Below are positions 25,480-33,024 of a stretch of DNA of 35,234 bases, piece after piece. The position numbers were made by a program, and so were the translations under genes. How positions within the stretch are numbered: the first letter of the stretch is position 1; each line of letters starts with the position of its first letter. This stretch comes from Guillardia theta CCMP2712 (taxonomy: Eukaryota > Protista > Cryptophyta): contig NW_005434660.1 of the NCBI RefSeq assembly GCF_000315625.1, positions 894,743 to 929,976 of the forward strand, read 5' to 3'. Under the pieces are notes generated by a model. It was given only the letters and a program-made list of their open reading frames with translations. It ran no database searches and was not told the origin of the DNA.

Positions 25480-25491
25480 GACGAGGAGTGA
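23420..25491 (+). CDS. bHLH-PAS-like transcription factor with additional C-terminal domain, copy B, multi-exon
   Basis: Paralog of copy A with the same intron positions and phases (23888-23959, 24322-24374, 24476-24528, 24651-24841 and others); ends LVGLLGEDDEE* at 25491. Divergent exons keep the same length as in copy A. Confidence 0.7.
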
Positions 25492-25499
25492 ATGCCATT

Positions 25500-26715
25500 C
25501 CCCGCTGGAACTGAGCGCCAACCGTGGAACGCGATCTGAACGGCACCCCCTGTGCCCGGGGGGGCGGGGGGGGTTGTCCGGGTCATCCCGCTGCCGGGCC
25601 CCTGCCGGGCGCGCCAGTGATCGGATTGTCAGAGTACTCAGGTCGGTCACCGTCACAGGCTCCGGGCTGTGAGATGTACGCCGGGGACTCCCGTCACTCA
25701 CTGAGAACGGTCACTGAGTGAACTCGGACTGCAGCACCCCGCTCACTGAATCGGGGGGGCGGGGTGGACGAGGGCCGCAATTTTTCGAGTTCAAGGCCCT
25801 ATAATTGCTGTTCAATACTGCCAGGCCCCAAAACCTCCAACGGTTGCCGACTAGGTGAGGAACGCTCAGTCGTGGTGCCACCGTCGGGGCCGCCCGCCGC
25901 CAGCACAGGCTGTGACGGAGCGGCCCGGCCGCGGGAGCCGGCGCACCAGCGGCGGGGCCATCATGAGAGTCACCGGGTACCCGGCGCCGTACGCCGAGAA
26001 ACTGGCAAGCACACCGTCAAATTTCCGCTACCGTAGCCTACAGACTTAGTCGCCGAGAATTTCTTTGATAAGACTGAATTTTTTCTCACTGCAGTGACCG
26101 CTCATGCCGCCGCGAGTCTGGCAGTACTACGGTAACTAAGTTGGCTTGCCGCGCCGCAGTGCAGTGCAGCCCGGCCCCAGCCTGGCAGTGCGCCGGCCGT
26201 GAGGCGGCCGCCGCGGGCCCGGCCCGGCCCGCGACGGTCACTGGCCGCGGGCAGTCAGCCTGGCCGCAGGGCCGCCCGCAATGGACCCGGTGACCTGTCT
26301 GCTGGTGCATTACGTTCGCTTATAGCTTTAGTTAATTCTCGATCCTGTCCTTCTGGTACTAATCATGGAAACGGCTCTAATTGCGATTACAGGACCCACC
26401 CCTGTGCATTTCCCTCTTCAAACTCTACCACGCCTGTATCAGAGCCCCACAGGAAAAGGAACCCCAAAACCAACAAGCGAACGGGCGGGCCACGCCGCGA
26501 CCGTACCGTACCGGTCACTGACGGACCGGGCACGGCGGCGGCCCCGGGTGACGGCCGCGGCCCGGGCCCGGCACGGCCCGGCCCGCGGCCGCCCGGCCGC
26601 CGGGGCCGTGACGGCGGCGACGGTTGAAACTTTTCAGAAACGAGCAAGGCTCGGAAAGGCTGGCGGGCCGAGAACTATTTTTTTTTACTGGCCCGGGCCC
26701 GGCGGCCGCACTGGC
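25500..26715. other. GC/CpG-rich palindrome-dense non-coding island 1
   Basis: Dense CCGG, GGCC, CCCGGG, CGGCCG, GTGAC/GTCAC and CAGTG/CACTG words; no credible protein. Confidence 0.7.
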
Positions 26716-26754
26716 GAGTTAACTTGGACGCCATTAGTGGGCATCGTTTACAAC

Positions 26755-26826
26755 GGGGATTTGGTCTAGCGGTATGATTCTCGCTTAGGGTGCGAGAGGT
26801 CCCGGGTTCGAACCCCGGAATCCCCC
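26755..26826 (+). tRNA. tRNA-Pro (anticodon AGG)
   Basis: 72-nt cloverleaf: acceptor GGGGATT/AATCCCC, A-box TGGTCTAGCGG, anticodon arm CTCGC-TTAGGGT-GCGAG, T-arm CCGGG-TTCGAAC-CCCGG; no intron and no encoded CCA. Confidence 0.97.
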
Positions 26827-26874
26827 TGCCGACAGCAGGGCCCCAAGGGATTCCCAACCTCCCTCCTCACAACC

Positions 26875-26880
26875 TTTTTT
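26875..26880 (+). terminator. Pol III oligo-T terminator of + strand tRNA-Pro
   Basis: First T6 run, 48 nt after the tRNA 3' end; mirrored by an A6 run at about 27394-27399 for the minus copy. Confidence 0.7.
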
Positions 26881-27447
26881 GCCTCACACACACTCTCCCC
26901 CACCCTCACTACCTCACCACTACCCCCTTTCCCATTAGACCTTCACATAGCAAAACGAGCACCTCGAGACAGACATCACTGGTGTCAATCATTTGCATCC
27001 TGGGATCACCATCAAGCGTGTGTGGTGAAGAGATGAAGAATTTCATAAATGAGGTATTAGTGTCAACTCGCATACATCTTACCCTCTCATCTCATGTACC
27101 CCCACCCTCACCACATCTCAGCATGTGTCTTTTTTTTCGAAACCGAAAAAGTTCGCCGGGATGGGGTGGAGGGTGGGGGTGATCAGAGCTGGAGGGTAGG
27201 AGGTAGATGAATTTCTGTTAGACACTGACTTGATAGAATATCAAGGCTAGGCTGTCCTGATGCATAACGGGGTGCACCCCTTCAAGAGAGCTGTAAGGTA
27301 CAGTCTGTCTCGAGGTGCTCGTTTTGCTATGTGAAGGTCTAATGGGAAAGGGGGTAGTGGTGAGGTAGTGAGGGTGGGGGGAGTATGTGTGAGAAAAAAG
27401 GTTGTGAGGAGGGAGGTTGGGAATCCCTTGGGGCCCTGCTGTCGGCA

Positions 27448-27519
27448 GGGGGATTCCGGGGTTCGAACCCGGGACCTCTCGCACCCTAAGCGAGAATCAT
27501 ACCGCTAGACCAAATCCCC
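27448..27519 (-). tRNA. tRNA-Pro (anticodon AGG), identical second copy
   Basis: Exact reverse complement of 26755-26826. Confidence 0.97.
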
Positions 27520-27738
27520 GTTGTGGAAAACGGGTCGTCCAAGGATTTTATTGGCAGAATGTAGTGGGGGGGTAGGGGTGGATTGTGACCGGTAGTTTGG
27601 ATGGAGAAAAGAGGGTATTCCATTAGTGTTTTGGGGGGCTCGGAGGGGTGGGGGTGATTTATGGGGATCACTCAGGGAGGAGATACGACATGCACAGCAG
27701 CGCCTCCGCTCCCCCACCTGCTCTAGTGGGAAGCCAAC

Positions 27739-27794
27739 GAGTTGCTCTAGGACGATGTATGAGCAAGAGTTGCTCTAGGACGATGTACGAGCAA
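27739..27794 (+). repeat. 28-bp direct tandem repeat, two copies with one mismatch
   Basis: gagttgctctaggacgatgta(t/c)gagcaa twice. Confidence 0.9.
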
Positions 27795-27941
27795 TATTCG
27801 TGAAGTAAGATAAGGGAAATCACGAGGAATTGTCAGGAGCATCCGCTTTTAATATTGGTTTGAAAATAAGTTTCAACGAGATTACATCAATTCTCTTCTA
27901 TTCCCGCCCTTCTTAGCTTTGCAATACATGATGTGATACTA

Positions 27942-29013
27942 TCAGATGAAACGTCGATCCGGTCCACCTGCCATGCGATCAGTCCTCTCGTCCTCCAAAC
28001 CAAGCGCTTGCTCCTCACCTAGAAACGCCATGGCTGGAGCAGCATAGAACAGCGTCCAGTCAACATTCTTCAGGCTCTCCCTTGCCTGCAATCATGTGAG
28101 ATGCAAGCAGCGCGAGCAGCATCAGGAAGAACAGGAGGGAAAGGACACAGGACAGCATCATCTACCTTCTTAGGCGCCACCATAGTCCAGGAGCTTCCTG
28201 GCGTTGAGCAGCCGACCAAGAACTTGAGGGGGACATTCTCCGGAAGATCACAGCGGAGGTAGATCTAGAGCTCAGCGTCACACACCCAGATGCACCCCAG
28301 CTGGAAAGTCTCACCATCTTTCCGTTCCTCAGGACTGCGAATCGCCCCCTAGCAACGTCCACCAGCAGCCCGACTCTGTCTCCGCTCCTGTCGCGCAGCT
28401 CGTCACCAGGCGCACCCCATCCTGCCCAATGTCGAGCAGTACCTGATGCTGTACTTCGGATCGGGAGGGGCCGAGGACATGGCAGCCATGTGGGCTGGAA
28501 TGCCTTCTTTGGGAGGGCCAAAGTTCCATAGGAGAGCGCCGTTGCCCACGAATACAGCGCACTCTCCCTGTCAGACTGTGAGTGCAAGCGCGAGGAGGGA
28601 GCTGGCGGAGGAGCATGCAGCACCTTGGGACATCCACTGAAGTCGAACTCCCTTGTCACGTCCACTTCAAGCAGGTCGGGTGGAACCATGACGCCCACGC
28701 TTGCGTACTCGACCTTGCCCGTTGCACGAAGCTGCAACAACAACTTGAGCCAGCAAGCATCCCTCAGAAAGGATAGTCCTTACCTCTAGATAGTTCAAAG
28801 TATCCCCTGTTCTGACATTCATCGTTCGTTCACACAAGATCATGCCGCCGATGGTTTCGCGTGGGTCAATCTAGCAGGATCACCATGACTTCCTGCCGTT
28901 TGGGAGGTGAAGGACTAACCTTTCGCGACGCCGGATGAGGATGAGACAAAGGACCCGAGGGCTTCAAGGGGATCGCCTGCCGTGAAGTTGTTCAGAAGGT
29001 AACCACGCCCCAT
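27942..29013 (-). CDS. SPRY/B30.2-like domain protein, multi-exon; 5' end uncertain and possibly joined to the upstream gene
   Basis: GDRVGLLVDVARGRFAVLRNGK matches the SPRY GDxIGxxLDxxxGxxxFxxNG pattern; upstream NYLE|LLLQL..YASVGV; last exons ARESLKNVDWTLFYAAPAMAFL|GGPDRRFI*. Confidence 0.55.
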
Positions 29014-29129
29014 TCTAATAGAAGGTGACAGTGGTGATGGCAATAGGGCAGCACAAGGAAAAGGAGGGAGGACGAAGAGCAATCATGGACAACGGTGCCG
29101 AGGTCGAATGTCAAGTTGGAAACCTCAAC

Positions 29130-30111
29130 TCACCAGCCAAGGTCGCTTCTGCATCGCATCCAACGGATCAGTCCGTCGGGTACTGAACATCCCCGGCATC
29201 GGCGCAATCTACATGGCACCACACATCAGCATGGAATCTGCTCACGTCACAATTGGAGCCTTACCGGCGAACGCATCAAGCGGTTCAACCAGGAGCCACT
29301 GGCGAGGAAAGATCAGCTTTACCACAAGGATCATGCATCAGGCACCTGTCTGGTAAAAGTCTGACCCTAGTGAAGCTTTTGCCGAAAGGAGGCAGAAACA
29401 TCGGACTATGGAAAGGAACGAAAGGAAGGGCAAAGGGAATACAAATCGACAGCAAGGGGATGACAAACGTGGAGCCGACAGCCATGTTCTTCCCCTTTGT
29501 GTTAATATCAAAATAATCAATGTTCACCTGCAGCATCGAGTACAGTGAGAACCAGCTATCAGAGAGAAGGACAAACCAAGGGAAGAGGTTATGATAAAAG
29601 GCTTTGGGGAGGGAAGATCAAGGATTTTGTGGAGGAAGAAGAAAAACTTCATACCAGTGCACGTTTCCATGGCTCTACGAAAGTGATTTTTGGCGATTGG
29701 AGCAGAAAATCGGCAGTTTTCTGCGCAAAGGAAGAAAAACATCTCAGCGGATCTCCAAACATCATGATCAAATTCAACCTTTCCCATCTCTGGTTCAGTT
29801 GTGATCAGCGGACCTCCAACGGACGAGCCCACCGCCTTTTCAGGCAACACTGCATCAGTCGCATTCACAATTTTCCAGGTTCTGTTTGTCGGCATCGTAG
29901 CTGACCCTCCCGTCAGTTTGTCTGCGAAATGCAATGTCTTTGGAACTTCTTTCGCTGAAGCCACTGCCGCAAGCCTCCTCCCCGAGCCACCACGGAGACG
30001 CAGCATGCTCGACAGACCCTCATGGTATGTAGTCGCTGCTGCCATGGTTTCTGCACTGATTCCATCTGACAGACACTGAAGTGCTGCAGCGATGCAAAAA
30101 ACTTTCCACAT
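29130..30111 (-). CDS. Unknown protein with signal peptide and leader ending in LRLRGG; 3' end uncertain
   Basis: MWKVFCIAAALQCLSDGISA-ETMAAATTYHEGLSSMLRLRGG-SGRR. Short GT-AG introns continue the frame (..EFDHD|KTADFLLQSPKITFVEPWKRAL|VNIDYFDINTKG). Confidence 0.6.
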
Positions 30112-31544
30112 CCTTTAGGGCGTGGAAACCGAGTTGGCCAGTGCAGCCAATATGGATGTCAATTCAATATCAAAATCTGCACAAACCATCGATCAGTCAC
30201 AGGGGATTCGCTCAAATCTTTCAAGACGTTCCTTTGTCGTTGCTGTACTGTCTCAATGGCCTCTGGTCTCTACATCGCGACTGCCCTCGTTGCTGCTTTC
30301 ACACTATACAGCCTCCACCTTCCTAGGTACTTGGCACTCGGGACATCACTGTCCTGTTCGGTCTTCCCTACACACAAATGTACATCTTTCATTTGTCTCA
30401 TATCTCGTCCATGCTCTTCTTAGTTCGGCCCCCACCAACTTTCCGATCCTCGCATGCTCAACCAGAAGACCCGTCGCGGCAACTGTCTGCGAACACCAAA
30501 CAGGGGAAATTCGTATATTTGATGAAAAGTCAAGACTCAGCAATCTCACCTATCTCACCATCATCTAATCTAGTCTCCAACCTTCTGTCTCGGAGTAACA
30601 CCCTGTTCTGCTACCCCCATGGTTCTGTTGCTCAACCCCGTTCTGGATCGTATCCCCTGTCCTCGTGTTCTCACACTCAATGTTTGTCCTCACTTCTTCT
30701 TCTCTGTTCCCTCTCTGTCTGCTCCATGTTGTCCTTCTTCGTCTAGGCTTGCTCTGACCTGCATTCCCATGCTCTTTCTACCATGCCTTTCATAACAGGC
30801 GGCCCCGCCAGGCCATGCACGGGGAGGGAGGGAACGAGGGTACGGGGTGGTAGGCCCTGAACTCGATGGTAGGGGTGGTATGAGAGTCCTAGAGGGTGGG
30901 GGTCAGATTGCGAAATTGAAGGGGTAGTGAAAGAGAGCGACTGGTGGGGGTTGTATTTCACAGGCGATAGGGTAGGGTTATTCTTATGGGGGTGCCATCA
31001 ACTGATTGGGAAGACTAGCATGGTAGGGTACTACAAATGCTTAGCAAAGACGGGTGGTTTAGTGATGTATTTTGAAGAATCGTCCTGGTGGGTTACCAAA
31101 TGATGGGGTGAGATTATCGTCAGGGGGGTGGGGGTGACTGTGATGGATGGGAATATTATGTAGCAAGGGGTGGGTGAAGTAGGGGTCAGTGCTCAGCGGA
31201 TCTTTCTTATAAACAAAGGGGTACTTGATTTAAGGTGGTGTCCAGACAAGAGCTGAGGGTGGGTGAGAATTGGAGATAGAAGGGGTAGTGGAACGGAAAT
31301 GGGGGTGAGGGTTGTTTGTAAGGGAACCTGCTTCTTTTAGGACAAGCACAGGCTGCAGAATGGGGTGGGGTAGAAATCTCTTATAAAACGTTTTATCATA
31401 ATAATCTTGTTTTATATCTGTATGGGTATGGTAAGATATTTGGAGTACGAGGTAGAAATTTAACAATGAGTTATTGAGTTTTCTGGTACCATAGATCTTT
31501 ACTCAAAGTTAAAAGCATACCGACAACAAGTGACTTACGGACTT

Positions 31545-32275
31545 GACTCAGTGAGCCGGGCTCGGCCGGGCGGCCCGAGTCCGGGCGCCGGCCCGGGCGG
31601 GCCCCGGCCTGGAGCCTGACTGAGTCGGCTCTGTGCCGCAGTGCCGCGGCCGCTACATACCGGTACTAGCAATGCCATTTTTTCATTCTGCTTGTATGCC
31701 ACCACAGTGGGCCCGGCACTGACGGTTCACTGTGACTGGAGGCCCCATATCCGGCGGTGAGTCAGTTCAAGGCAGTGCCGCTGCCCGGGGCCCGGGCCCC
31801 CGGGCTGCGGCGGGGGCCGGGCCGCAGCCTATTAGCCGCTCAGCCGCACTGCCGAGTCGGAGCACGGTGCTCAGTTCGGCAGTCCCACCCGGCCGCCGCC
31901 GGGTAGTGTCTCTCTGTTCCGATCAGTGATCCGAGCCTCTCCGGGCCATCACAGTGCCCTAAGACCCATTGATTGAATACCGAGAGTCGAGGCTCCGGCC
32001 CCCGACCCTTCAAGTTCAAACCGGCGGTACTATGATAAACCCGGTTGAACTTCAAGTCACAAGTCAGTAGTATCGGAGGCCCTTACCGGTCACCGTGCGG
32101 CAGTGCCGCCGGCCCGCCCGCCCGGACGGACCGACCGGCCGGCCCGGTCCCGGCGCCGTCCCCGAGTCCGACTCGAGAGTCCGATCGCAGGGCCGCCCGG
32201 CGCCCCGGGATCGGACAGTGTGACCGTACTCGGCGACTCCCGGCTCCGGAGCCTGTTTCGTGACAGGTTTCAACT
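31545..32275. other. GC/CpG-rich palindrome-dense non-coding island 2, flanked by AT-rich borders
   Basis: Same word vocabulary as island 1 plus GAGTC/GACTC; AT-rich flanks at 31380-31530 and 32300-32480. Confidence 0.7.
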
Positions 32276-33024
32276 GCACTCGGTTATGAGTCAAAGTGGT
32301 TTAGCTAGGTATCGGTACAATACAAGTACATTACTTACAGTACAGAACAGAGTACCTAGATCATTTACTCATCAAGCTCGAATGATACTTTTTATTTTTC
32401 TTACTAATTTTAAAAACATTTGTGGGTTAACGTGTAGTATCGGTTTATACAAAAAGTTATAATTATATATATATTTAATGGGAAGCCCTACGACACCCTC
32501 CAATCACCGCGGAAAATGACCGGTTGAACTGTGAATTATGAAACGATGGGGTGGGTACTACCATATAGAGAAAAGAGGCATCAGTGGGGTAGGGTGATAT
32601 ATGAAAGTAGTACTTGCGGCAAGGGTATGGGAGAGACTAGTCAGAAAGGGGGGTGGGTGTAGTTCAGAGGGACCGGTAGTGTTGTGAAAAGTGGGGTCTT
32701 CAATTGATGGGGTCCTGATGAGTGGGATTGGCATGGGTAGTATAGTGGTCTTAGAGGGGTGATGGAGGAATGAGGAAATTAAAGTCAGGGTAGGGTTGCA
32801 ATTAGTCAAGGGTGGGGTAGGCAAAGCAGGGGGCCGGTTTCGTGCAGCGCGCGGGGAGGGAGGAAAAAAAACGGAAAAAAACACACAAGAGAAACAGGGA
32901 TACAGGCACAGAAGAGTAGGGAGAGGAAGGAGATTTGCTGATCCTCAAGGTTGTCAAAGCAGTTTTGCTGCTCTGAATCTGCTCAGGGGAAGGGAAAGTG
33001 GAAGGCAAGAAAACAAGCACTACC

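Larger units (their letters stand above)
26750..27524. repeat. Inverted duplication of tRNA-Pro plus about 150 bp of 3' flank (arms 26750-26974 and 27303-27524)
   Basis: The flanks match as reverse complements up to acctcgagacagac, with only a few differences just after the T-run. Confidence 0.95.

Noticed and set aside
25500-26769. Arg/Pro/Gly/Ala-rich ORFs in the GC islands (also 31732-32462)
   Set aside because: Expected from stop-poor GC-rich DNA; no domain or splice pattern.
27739-27794. CRISPR-like palindromic 28-bp repeat
   Set aside because: Only two adjacent copies, no spacer, no cas genes, eukaryotic context.
29986-30003. True ubiquitin or UBL fusion gene
   Set aside because: Only the last six residues match; there is no room for a beta-grasp domain between the signal peptide and the motif.
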